A stretch of DNA of 64,000 nucleotides from a virus (lineage: Duplodnaviria; Caudoviricetes), in IMG/VR virus record IMGVR_UViG_3300023174_000144, positions 10,472 through 74,471 of that record. One strand, given 5' to 3'. This document shows, piece by piece, positions 7,010-13,575 of the stretch. Position 1 is the stretch's first letter. Every line of letters starts with the position of its first letter. Below the pieces are notes generated by a model that made no database searches, was not told the origin of the DNA, and worked only from the letters and a program-made list of their open reading frames with translations. Both the position numbers and the translations under genes were made by a program.

Positions 7010-7159
7010 ATGAAAATTGAAAAACTCTTAAATGAAAATCTAGAATCTTTTTATCCTTGGAATGATTCTGATAATCCTCCACTCGATACAGATAAAAGTT
7101 TCGCACAAAAACAAAAAGAGATAGATGAAATCTTCGAAGGTTGGCGAGCGAGTATGTAA
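7010..7159 (+). CDS. hypothetical 49-aa protein
   Basis: MKIEKLLNENLESFYPWNDSDNPPLDTDKSFAQKQKEIDEIFEGWRASM. Confidence 0.6.
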   Translation: MKIEKLLNENLESFYPWNDSDNPPLDTDKSFAQKQKEIDEIFEGWRASM

Positions 7160-7173
7160 AAAACTTGCTGATG

Positions 7174-7245
7174 TAAGTCTTTGATAGTCAAGGATTTACA
7201 ACGGCAGGGCCCTGCGCCCGTAAGTCGTTGATAATCAATCACTTG
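7174..7245. repeat. Paired-palindrome element E6 at the convergence of the two early arms
   Basis: TAAGTCTTTGA-tag-TCAAGGATTTA, 22-nt linker containing perfect GCAGGGCCCTGC, TAAGTCGTTGA-taa-TCAATCACTTG. Confidence 0.9.
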
Positions 7246-7267
7246 GGACGATAGGTTATTTTACATT

Positions 7268-7501
7268 TTATTCTCCACAAATTTCTGGATCGCCGAAGTA
7301 ACCATAGTCTTCGTCAGTGCCGTGGCCAGCAGAAGCCATAGCAGAGTCAAAGTCGCCATCCATAGATTCGTCTGGCTCGTTAGAGGTTTCGGATTTGATA
7401 GCGCGATCATCTTCGCGCATCTCGTTAAGGATGTCACGCACATCCTGCGAGCCCAACATATGTTGAGCCATCCACTCTTTAAGAGAGGCTTTGTAGTCCA
7501 T
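7268..7501 (-). CDS. hypothetical acidic protein (DGDFDSAMASAGHGTDEDYGY motif)
   Basis: Start reassigned to ATG 7501, because the longer track ORF overlaps a better-supported upstream gene. Confidence 0.75.
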   Translation of the reverse strand: MDYKASLKEWMAQHMLGSQDVRDILNEMREDDRAIKSETSNEPDESMDGDFDSAMASAGHGTDEDYGYFGDPEICGE

Positions 7502-7502
7502 A

Positions 7503-7667
7503 TTATTTGACCTCCACGATGGTTTCAGTTTCGTTATAGCTCGGAGCCATCTTGTCGAGCATTTCATTGATAACGTCTGCGGAGTTGATGTAGTCGAAGA
7601 ATGCTTCCGCATCAGCATAGACTTCAACGCAGTTAATCGAGGCAAGGTAGGTGATTTCGTTTGTCAT
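7503..7667 (-). CDS. hypothetical 54-aa protein (not in ORF track)
   Basis: MTNEITYLASINCVEVYADAEAFFDYINSADVINEMLDKMAPSYNETETIVEVK; promoter TTGCGC-N16-TACATT-N6-ATG. Confidence 0.75.
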   Translation of the reverse strand: MTNEITYLASINCVEVYADAEAFFDYINSADVINEMLDKMAPSYNETETIVEVK

Positions 7668-7818
7668 AAGTTAAATGTATCACAGATTATTTTTAGCGCA
7701 ACATTTATTTTCAGAAAAAGTAAATAGAAGAATTGCTAATAGTAAATAGGAAATAGCCTAATAGTAAATAGCCCAATCTTTTCGCTTCATTCAGTTTTAT
7801 GTTGAAAATCATCATTTG

Positions 7819-7891
7819 TAAGTCGTTGATAGTCAAGGATTTGCGCGCGGGGGCTCCCTGCGTGTGTAAGTCGTTGATAGTGAGCGACTTA
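7819..7891. repeat. Paired-palindrome element E7
   Basis: TAAGTCGTTGA-tag-TCAAGGATTTG, 23-nt linker, TAAGTCGTTGA-tag-TGAGCGACTTA. Confidence 0.9.
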
Positions 7892-8041
7892 TAATTAGTC
7901 AAAAACCATAAAGAAAAAAGCGAGCTTCCAAAGCGTATTTAGAGATGTAATAAAAAAATCTCTCTCTCAAAAAGTTTTTCTTCTCACCATTTTTCACAGC
8001 GAGACGAAAAGTTTTTTTATTTATTTTGAAAAGTATTTTTT

Positions 8042-8236
8042 TCATTCGTATTGCCACTCACTAGCTTCTTCTTCGATCTCTGCTTCTATGTCAGGCCACA
8101 TATGGTCAGGAATAGAATAATTTCGGTTTAACTTTTTATCTTTGGCGATTTGAATTGCTCGCCCTAAACTTTGGAGAGCTTCGCTCCCGAAGTAGATTTC
8201 TTCTTTTAATCTTTGAACACTATTTGTTAAGTCCAT
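8042..8236 (-). CDS. hypothetical protein
   Basis: 64-aa ORF coupled to the upstream gene. Confidence 0.7.
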   Translation of the reverse strand: MDLTNSVQRLKEEIYFGSEALQSLGRAIQIAKDKKLNRNYSIPDHMWPDIEAEIEEEASEWQYE

Positions 8237-8237
8237 A

Positions 8238-8420
8238 TTATTTGCTCAACCTTTCTTGTGCATCTTTGAGATATTCAAGAGCCTCTCTGATTGATTCGTT
8301 TTGCCAACCTTTTGTGTAAGGTTTGACTGCTTCTAGTTTAATCACAGCAACCGAGAGGCAACCTTTTGCCCATCCTTTGTTGTGTGCTTCATTCATTATT
8401 TTTTCAATTTCAATTTCCAT
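8238..8420 (-). CDS. hypothetical protein
   Basis: Start at MEIEIEK (ATG 8420) after GGAGA. Confidence 0.7.
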   Translation of the reverse strand: MEIEIEKIMNEAHNKGWAKGCLSVAVIKLEAVKPYTKGWQNESIREALEYLKDAQERLSK

Positions 8421-8421
8421 A

Positions 8422-8697
8422 TTAGTCTCCTTTGTATTTTGAGGATTCGTTGAAACTTCCAATGAAGTTCATCGTTCCGTTTTTGCGTTCTTCGCATTGT
8501 TTGAGAAGTTCGGGAGTCATTTCGACTTCGGTCACTTCATCATAAAAAGCTAGGACACTTCCAACTCCAGAGATTCTAGAAAGGCATTTCTTGTTTGAGG
8601 TTGAGTTGAACATTTCGCAGATTGCGATATGGTTTTCGATTTGGTAGTATTTACCCACTACGAGGGTTTCTATTGTGTTTTTCATTTGTTCTTTCAT
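8422..8697 (-). CDS. hypothetical protein
   Basis: Leaderless promoter TTGACA-N16-TAGATT-N6-ATG. Confidence 0.75.
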   Translation of the reverse strand: MKEQMKNTIETLVVGKYYQIENHIAICEMFNSTSNKKCLSRISGVGSVLAFYDEVTEVEMTPELLKQCEERKNGTMNFIGSFNESSKYKGD

Positions 8698-8738
8698 ATT
8701 CTTAATCTATCACACTTTCTGATTTTGTCAAGCTGTTA

Positions 8739-8763
8739 AATTTCGTTGATTTACAGCGACTTA
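8739..8763. repeat. Single 25-bp palindrome of the E family
   Basis: AATTTCGTTGA-ttt-ACAGCGACTTA, 7 nt from the -35 box at 8726-8731. Confidence 0.75.
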
Positions 8764-8939
8764 GGACTTTTCCCATTAAGTTTTTCTTTAAGTAGAGCGT
8801 GAGCCCTAGCTTTTTCAGGGTTATTCTTTTTCCATTCAGCCCATCGCTTTTTGCGATTTGACCATATAGCTTGATTTTTTTCTTTGCGTTGAATTTCCCA
8901 CTCTTGGGAAGTTAGTTCTTTTTTATTATCTTTATTCAT
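8751..8939 (-). CDS. hypothetical basic protein
   Basis: Likely start at MNKDNKK; A-rich leader resembles that of 9872-10147. Confidence 0.65.
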   Translation of the reverse strand: MNKDNKKELTSQEWEIQRKEKNQAIWSNRKKRWAEWKKNNPEKARAHALLKEKLNGKSPKSL

Positions 8940-9031
8940 TTTATTTTTTCTTTCTTTCATTTTCATTTCTTATCTTGTTATAAGTATAGTTTAGCATATT
9001 TCAGAGAAAACGCAACAAAAATCTTCATTTA

Positions 9032-9104
9032 AATTTCATTGATCATCAACGAGTTACAACGCAAGGGACCCTGCGTCTGTAAGTCATTATCTTGTAACAA
9101 CTTA
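9032..9104. repeat. Paired-palindrome element E8
   Basis: AATTTCATTGA-tca-TCAACGAGTTA, 23-nt linker, TAAGTCATTAT-ctt-GTAACAACTTA. Confidence 0.88.
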
Positions 9105-9116
9105 CATCAGCTAATT

Positions 9117-9512
9117 TTAGAATGCCGTGAAAGTCATTTTTGTAGATTCATCTAAAGTTTTTTTAGAAGGTTTGAAAAAGATTACTTTTTCTGAAACTTT
9201 TTCAACTGTGATATTTTCTGGCAAAGAAACTGTCTCACCTTCATCATCTGTGGCTACCATCAGAGCCTTGCCAGCATAAGGTTGAGATTGAATCCCATAC
9301 TTAAAGTAGGCTTGATGCTCTGAATCTTTTAGTAGTCCTTCGTCATCTAGAATTAAATCGATTCCTCTGTATTGGTTTGATGTGCCAATGCCAGCAACTG
9401 TTATGATTTCGCAATCAATTAAGTTTTTAATGGTTTGAAGTTTAGTATCAACCATCGTTACATCCATTACAGTTTCAGTAAATGGGTCTATGAGTATTGC
9501 TCTTGTCATCAT
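9117..9512 (-). CDS. DUF3846-like protein
   Basis: AILIDPF...LQTIKNLIDC...LILDDEGLLK...YAGKALMV. Confidence 0.7.
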   Translation of the reverse strand: MMTRAILIDPFTETVMDVTMVDTKLQTIKNLIDCEIITVAGIGTSNQYRGIDLILDDEGLLKDSEHQAYFKYGIQSQPYAGKALMVATDDEGETVSLPENITVEKVSEKVIFFKPSKKTLDESTKMTFTAF

Positions 9513-9513
9513 A

Positions 9514-9657
9514 TTAGATGTTCCTCGTTTTTAGTAGGTTGCTCAACTCTGCTAGATAAACTCCAGCGGTGAGGTTGTATTGTTTATTGTTTAGGTCTTT
9601 GATGATGTCCACCAAGTTGGAAGCCAACTCGATAATCTTGTCATTGGTATTGTTCAT
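9514..9657 (-). CDS. hypothetical 47-aa protein (not in ORF track)
   Basis: MNNTNDKIIELASNLVDIIKDLNNKQYNLTAGVYLAELSNLLKTRNI; promoter TTGACA-N17-TAACCT-N6-ATG. Confidence 0.7.
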   Translation of the reverse strand: MNNTNDKIIELASNLVDIIKDLNNKQYNLTAGVYLAELSNLLKTRNI

Positions 9658-9688
9658 ATGTTTAGGTTATCTCCTTTTGCTAATTTTG

Positions 9689-9871
9689 TCAAACACCAAA
9701 CTTGTTACGATATTGATTATATAGGTTTTGATATTCTTCGCCACCTTGGGCGATAGCTTCTTCAATTTCTTTAAGTTGATTTTGACCTCTGCGATAGTAG
9801 TATGAGTCTTCACTCATTTGGTAAGTCCAATCGTGATTCTTTAAGAGTTCTTCGAATTGTTGAATGTTCAT
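9689..9871 (-). CDS. conserved small phage protein (L..HDW.Y..S.D...Y.RG)
   Basis: 60-aa ORF directly coupled to the upstream stop. Confidence 0.75.
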   Translation of the reverse strand: MNIQQFEELLKNHDWTYQMSEDSYYYRRGQNQLKEIEEAIAQGGEEYQNLYNQYRNKFGV

Positions 9872-10147
9872 TTATTTATTTTCCTTTATTAGTTTAGCGT
9901 TATTAAGGTTGATAGTTCCAACCTTATCTTTATCTTTACCTTCTAGGAAGGTTACAACCGCAGTATTTGCAGAAGTTTTGTAAGAAACTTTTACTAGAGT
10001 TCCTTCGTAAAGGTATATTTCACCAAAGTAAGTTGGTGTATTGTTAGAGTTAGTAATGATTACTTCTTCAGAAGCATTCATATTTTTTCGCATATTTTCA
10101 CGCATTTGTTTTCGTTGAAAATTCCAGTTTATCATTCTATGAGTCAT
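9872..10147 (-). CDS. hypothetical protein
   Basis: 91-aa ORF downstream of promoter 10197-10224. Confidence 0.7.
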   Translation of the reverse strand: MTHRMINWNFQRKQMRENMRKNMNASEEVIITNSNNTPTYFGEIYLYEGTLVKVSYKTSANTAVVTFLEGKDKDKVGTINLNNAKLIKENK

Positions 10148-10220
10148 TTTATTTTTTTCTTTCTTTGTTATTTGTTATCTTTTATCTTATGTATATAGTT
10201 TACCACAATTCGTCCAAAAG

Positions 10221-10409
10221 TCAAATTATTTCTTCAATTTGTTTTTCGTTGATTATCATAGAGTTATGATGAGCAACTTCAACTTTCTGCTGATATTTTG
10301 AGAAACTTTCGTCTAATCTCTTTTGAGATTCTTCGATTGATTTTTTCAGTTCGGCAGAAGCCTTGTCGATATTTCCTAGGAGGATTTCTAATTTGTTTTT
10401 TCTTTTCAT
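10221..10409 (-). CDS. hypothetical coiled-coil protein, paralog of 11636-11785
   Basis: Leaderless promoter 10416-10443; N..KAS..LK...KVE..H pattern. Confidence 0.75.
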   Translation of the reverse strand: MKRKNKLEILLGNIDKASAELKKSIEESQKRLDESFSKYQQKVEVAHHNSMIINEKQIEEII

Positions 10410-10459
10410 ACCTATAATCTATCACATTTTAGAAATTTTGCAAGATATTTTTACATTTA

Positions 10460-10532
10460 AATTTCGTTGACCATCAAGAACTTACAACGCAAGGGAGGCG
10501 GCTTACATAACTCATTGATACTTAATGGTTTA
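10460..10532. repeat. Paired-palindrome element E9
   Basis: AATTTCGTTGA-cca-TCAAGAACTTA, 23-nt linker, TAACTCATTGA-tac-TTAATGGTTTA. Confidence 0.88.
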
Positions 10533-10546
10533 GATTTTATGCGTTC

Positions 10547-10616
10547 CATCAGGTTTTGGTCTAAGATCGGTGAGGATCTTTTGCCTTTCATCAGGTTTGT
10601 CCCTAAGATCGAGGAT
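10547..10616. repeat. Imperfect ~30-bp direct repeat between E9 and E10
   Basis: CATCAGGTTTTGGTCTAAGATCGGTGAGGAT (10547-10577) vs CATCAGGTTTGTCCCTAAGATCGAGGAT (10589-10616). Confidence 0.75.
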
Positions 10617-10619
10617 ACG

Positions 10620-10692
10620 TAAGTCGTTAGCTATTAAGCACTTAGGTAAGATCCCTCCCTGCGCGCGTAAGTCCTTGATGGGTAGGTACTTA
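10620..10692. repeat. Paired-palindrome element E10
   Basis: TAAGTCGTTAG-cta-TTAAGCACTTA, 23-nt linker, TAAGTCCTTGA-tgg-GTAGGTACTTA. Confidence 0.88.
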
Positions 10693-10714
10693 CAAGCAGT
10701 AGGTTAGCTAATCG

Positions 10715-11092
10715 TTACAGCTTATAAAACTTATGATTGCGTATTGTTGCTACCAGCTTTGTATTCTTTGCCCATTTGGGCGAGACGCTGATAGCGTGAT
10801 AGTGATTAGCACCCTTGACGATGTCGGGCATCTGCTTATGTATAACTAGATCAGCAAGGTAGAGAGCGTTCTTACCTTGTGCTGTTGCTAGTAGTTTTCT
10901 TTTAGTGGATTCACTCACGCCACCATTCCAGAAACTAAACTGCTTGGATGCTAGACACACTTGGCTTGCTGATTGCTTACGCTCTACCATCCTTGTTTGG
11001 ATAACGCTAGCAACGCCAGCCATTCCCTCGAATGTCTCGCCCCTAGCTTCACCCAAGAGCGTCAATGCTACGATGAATAGTTCTGCTGTCAT
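10715..11092 (-). CDS. SleB/Hydrolase_2-family cell wall hydrolase
   Basis: LLGEARGE, VASVIQTR, QFSFWN, GANHYH..VSPKWA..TIRNHKFY; start placed at MTAE. Confidence 0.85.
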   Translation of the reverse strand: MTAELFIVALTLLGEARGETFEGMAGVASVIQTRMVERKQSASQVCLASKQFSFWNGGVSESTKRKLLATAQGKNALYLADLVIHKQMPDIVKGANHYHAISVSPKWAKNTKLVATIRNHKFYKL

Positions 11093-11096
11093 AGGA

Positions 11097-11516
11097 TTAG
11101 TCCCTTCCATTACTTACTGCCCCGCAGTAGTCACTAGGTTTCTCTGCACTGATAGTGCCAAGGTTGTAGACGCTCGACCAGCTATCATTCCTTAAGAATC
11201 TGCCCTTCTCAATGCTATCCACAATGCCTTGAGCCTTTGCCCTTGCAAGGTCAATGAGGCCACCTTTGCGACCCTTTGCATTGATCTTGTTGGTCAATGA
11301 ATGAATGGCAATCTTGGTAAGAGCCTTCATTACATCATCAGGATGAGCGTAGAAGTAAAACGCTTTGCCGTTGCCCATATCGTGCAACTTGCCGTTTGTT
11401 CCACCCCAATTATAAATGGAGTTGAAGAAGTGATTGATCTGCTTGAGGTTTCCTTCTAGTAGATAAGCGTGGCTTTCACCGAAGGTTTCGTAGGTTATTT
11501 TTAGGTTTTGTTTCAT
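11097..11516 (-). CDS. hypothetical early protein, paralog of 876-1262
   Basis: IYNWGGTNGKL, KGRKGGL, LGTISAEK; start moved to MKQNLK. Confidence 0.8.
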   Translation of the reverse strand: MKQNLKITYETFGESHAYLLEGNLKQINHFFNSIYNWGGTNGKLHDMGNGKAFYFYAHPDDVMKALTKIAIHSLTNKINAKGRKGGLIDLARAKAQGIVDSIEKGRFLRNDSWSSVYNLGTISAEKPSDYCGAVSNGRD

Positions 11517-11555
11517 AGGTAGTATATTGCCTTTTTGTTTATGTTTCGTCAACTA

Positions 11556-11639
11556 TTATTTTTTAGCTGTTACCATACCATAGATGCCCACGAGGATGCT
11601 TCCAATGGTAAGGGTAAAGATTAGGGTATCGATATTCAT
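11556..11639 (-). CDS. 27-aa single-TM peptide
   Basis: MNIDTLIFTLTIGSILVGIYGMVTAKK; ATGA overlap with the upstream gene. Confidence 0.55.
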   Translation of the reverse strand: MNIDTLIFTLTIGSILVGIYGMVTAKK

Positions 11640-11785
11640 TTGCTCATCGCTTTCTGATGGATAGCTTCCACCTTTTCGGCGTGAGCGTCAAGGATTAGAA
11701 CTGCCTTGGTAGAGGCGTTCTTAAGGTCTTGGCTAGCCTTGTTTAGGTTTGCGATCAGTTGTTCGTATTTACTTAGTTTCTTCAT
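11636..11785 (-). CDS. hypothetical 49-aa protein, paralog of 10221-10409 (not in ORF track)
   Basis: MKKLSKYEQLIANLNKASQDLKNASTKAVLILDAHAEKVEAIHQKAMSK; promoter TTGCAC-N16-TAGATT-N6-ATG. Confidence 0.75.
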   Translation of the reverse strand: MKKLSKYEQLIANLNKASQDLKNASTKAVLILDAHAEKVEAIHQKAMSK

Positions 11786-11836
11786 ATAGGTAATCTATCA
11801 CAGAATAGGAATAGTGCAAGGGATTTTCTTCAGTTA

Positions 11837-11861
11837 AATTTCATTGACCATCAACGACTTA
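11837..11861. repeat. Single 25-bp palindrome of the E family
   Basis: AATTTCATTGA-cca-TCAACGACTTA, 17 nt from the -35 box. Confidence 0.8.
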
Positions 11862-12042
11862 CGCCTACCCCATTAAATTGTTTGAAGATATTATATGGAA
11901 AATGCCATAGGGGTACCCCTACCCCTTTTTGAAAAAGCAGGCTTTCTAAAAAACACAAAAGAGGGGGGAGGGGGTAAATTTCATTCGCTCTATTAATAAT
12001 AACCTATTCTTCTTATGCCCTCTTATACCCCTACCCTTTTTT
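11862..12042. other. Non-coding G/C-tract region at the early/late divergence (candidate packaging site or terminus)
   Basis: Perfect palindrome TAGGGGTACCCCTA (11908-11921), ACCCCTACCC(C)TTTTT twice, GAGGGGGGAGGGGGT (11961-11975). Confidence 0.4.
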
Positions 12043-12154
12043 AAAATCTAATAGGTTAAAAGGTTCATCTATAATAAATAGATCCAAAAAATTCGGGACC
12101 CTTCTTATTTTTAAACCTGTTTATTATATAACCTCTATTTGTGTAATATAAAAC

Positions 12155-12400
12155 ATGAAGAAAAGTAAGGTTAATAAGATAACTACTATAGTATTTGGGC
12201 TAATTATCTTTAGTTTAGCTAAGTACTATACAAAAGGATTAAAAGTAACCAAAAAAGAACCAATAGAAGCTTCTACTGTAGAAACTACTATTATTGATAA
12301 AAAAGACAAATCAATAGTGATCCCCAGCGCCCAAGCTATAAATTCTGCGCCACAGCAAAATCATCTTGGTACTGGAGGCAAAATGAACTCTAAAAGGTAA
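12155..12400 (+). CDS. small membrane-anchored protein
   Basis: N-terminal TM segment; GTGTAA 8 nt upstream. Confidence 0.7.
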   Translation: MKKSKVNKITTIVFGLIIFSLAKYYTKGLKVTKKEPIEASTVETTIIDKKDKSIVIPSAQAINSAPQQNHLGTGGKMNSKR

Positions 12401-12407
12401 AAAATAT

Positions 12408-12554
12408 ATGCCCCACAAAAAGAAAATAAACAAGATGAGCCTCAAAGAATGTGAAAGTATTTTAATTCGTTTAAATAATCAAACAGAGTCTCAGTACTAT
12501 AAAGAAGTAGACAAGCAGTTAAATAGACTAAAAGACCAATCAAGTAAAAGTTAA
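12408..12554 (+). CDS. hypothetical 48-aa protein
   Basis: MPHKKKINKMSLKECESILIRLNNQTESQYYKEVDKQLNRLKDQSSKS. Confidence 0.6.
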   Translation: MPHKKKINKMSLKECESILIRLNNQTESQYYKEVDKQLNRLKDQSSKS

Positions 12555-12575
12555 AAGGTCTCAAAAAATATCCCT

Positions 12576-13550
12576 ATGTTCAAAAAGATATTAAATTTAT
12601 CAGCATTTTTATTAGCAGGATGTGCAGCTTTCTTTTCTGTTAAAGGCATAGCATTGTTATTCTCAGCTAGTTTCTGGAGCGTAGGTATTATGGCAGGATC
12701 TCTTGAGATAGCAAAACTTGTATCAGCTAGTTACTTATATCGCTATTGGGATAGTATAAATAAAGTTTTAAGAACTTATATGCTATGTGCCACAATTCTT
12801 TTAATGGGTATTACTAGTCTAGGTATTTTTGGCTTTCTTTCAGATGCATTTCAAAGAAACTTTTCTCAATATAGTTTAAATATTAATAAGGTCCAAGCTT
12901 TAAAATCTCAGCAAACTTTTGTAACTTCTCAAGTAGATTTCAATAAGGGTAAGTTAAAAGATCTAATAGAACTTCAAAAAACATATCAAGGATCACTAGA
13001 TAGCGCTGTTAAACAAGATGTAACTATAACAAAAACTAGTAGCGGCGGATTGTTTAGTTCTGGTAAAACCGAAAAAGTAACAGACAATAAACTATTAGAT
13101 AGCAAAAACAAAATCATAGAAGGTTCTCAGCAAAATATTAATAGTTTATTTAATCAAATAGGAATAGTCTCATCTGATCTTCAAAATCTGGAGCAACAAG
13201 CTTCTAAATTAGCTCAAGATATTATGTTATTAGAAAGCGATAATAGCAAAGGAGAGATTGGTACATTTAAATTTGTAGCAGAAGCATTTGGATTAAAAAT
13301 AGAAACCGCAGTTAGATTATTTATTGTTCTTATTGTTATTGTATTTGATCCTCTTGCAGTAGCTCTTGTGATAGCTTATAACAGCTTGCTTAATAAAAAA
13401 GATATTATAGAAGTTGAAAAACCTGTAGAGAAAATAGTTGAAAGAATTATAGAAAAACCTGTGACAGTATTTCAAGATATTTTTCACCAATACAAAAGAG
13501 GCACCAAAAAGAAGCATAATCCAGAAGTTGCAGATCCTAGTATTAAATAG
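12576..13550 (+). CDS. conserved phage multi-TM plus coiled-coil protein (DUF4407-like)
   Basis: Three N-terminal TMs with LEIAKLVSASYLYRYW and ITSLGIFGFLS, a coiled coil, and a C-terminal TM with VFDPLAV. Confidence 0.8.
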   Translation: MFKKILNLSAFLLAGCAAFFSVKGIALLFSASFWSVGIMAGSLEIAKLVSASYLYRYWDSINKVLRTYMLCATILLMGITSLGIFGFLSDAFQRNFSQYSLNINKVQALKSQQTFVTSQVDFNKGKLKDLIELQKTYQGSLDSAVKQDVTITKTSSGGLFSSGKTEKVTDNKLLDSKNKIIEGSQQNINSLFNQIGIVSSDLQNLEQQASKLAQDIMLLESDNSKGEIGTFKFVAEAFGLKIETAVRLFIVLIVIVFDPLAVALVIAYNSLLNKKDIIEVEKPVEKIVERIIEKPVTVFQDIFHQYKRGTKKKHNPEVADPSIK

Positions 13551-13575
13551 TGTAAATACAAATAAGGATTAAGGC

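Larger units (their letters stand above)
335..11819. promoter_or_regulatory. Set of 19 early sigma70-type promoters (TTGACA-like, N16, TAnnnT, N6, ATG)
   Basis: Plus strand: 335-362, 689-716, 842-869, 2457-2484, 2949-2976, 3512-3539 (perfect TTGACA-N16-TATAAT), 4083-4110, 4457-4484, 5316-5343, 6270-6297. Minus strand: 5203-5230, 7674-7701, 8704-8731, 8988-9015, 9664-9692, 10197-10224, 10416-10443, 11524-11552 (weak), 11792-11819. Confidence 0.85.

Noticed and set aside
7711-7902. Track ORF with an internal KSLTINDL repeat
   Set aside because: It is simply element E7 translated, as is 7051-7242 for E6; it has no promoter or RBS.
256-11861. Palindromic repeats as a CRISPR array
   Set aside because: Pairs are separated by hundreds to thousands of bases containing whole genes, the linkers resemble each other rather than being unique spacers, and no cas genes are present.
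256-11861. Elements as classical integron attC sites
   Set aside because: There are no consistent RYYYAAC/GTTRRRY ends, cassettes carry their own promoters, and no intI is in the window. A non-canonical recombination role is left open.
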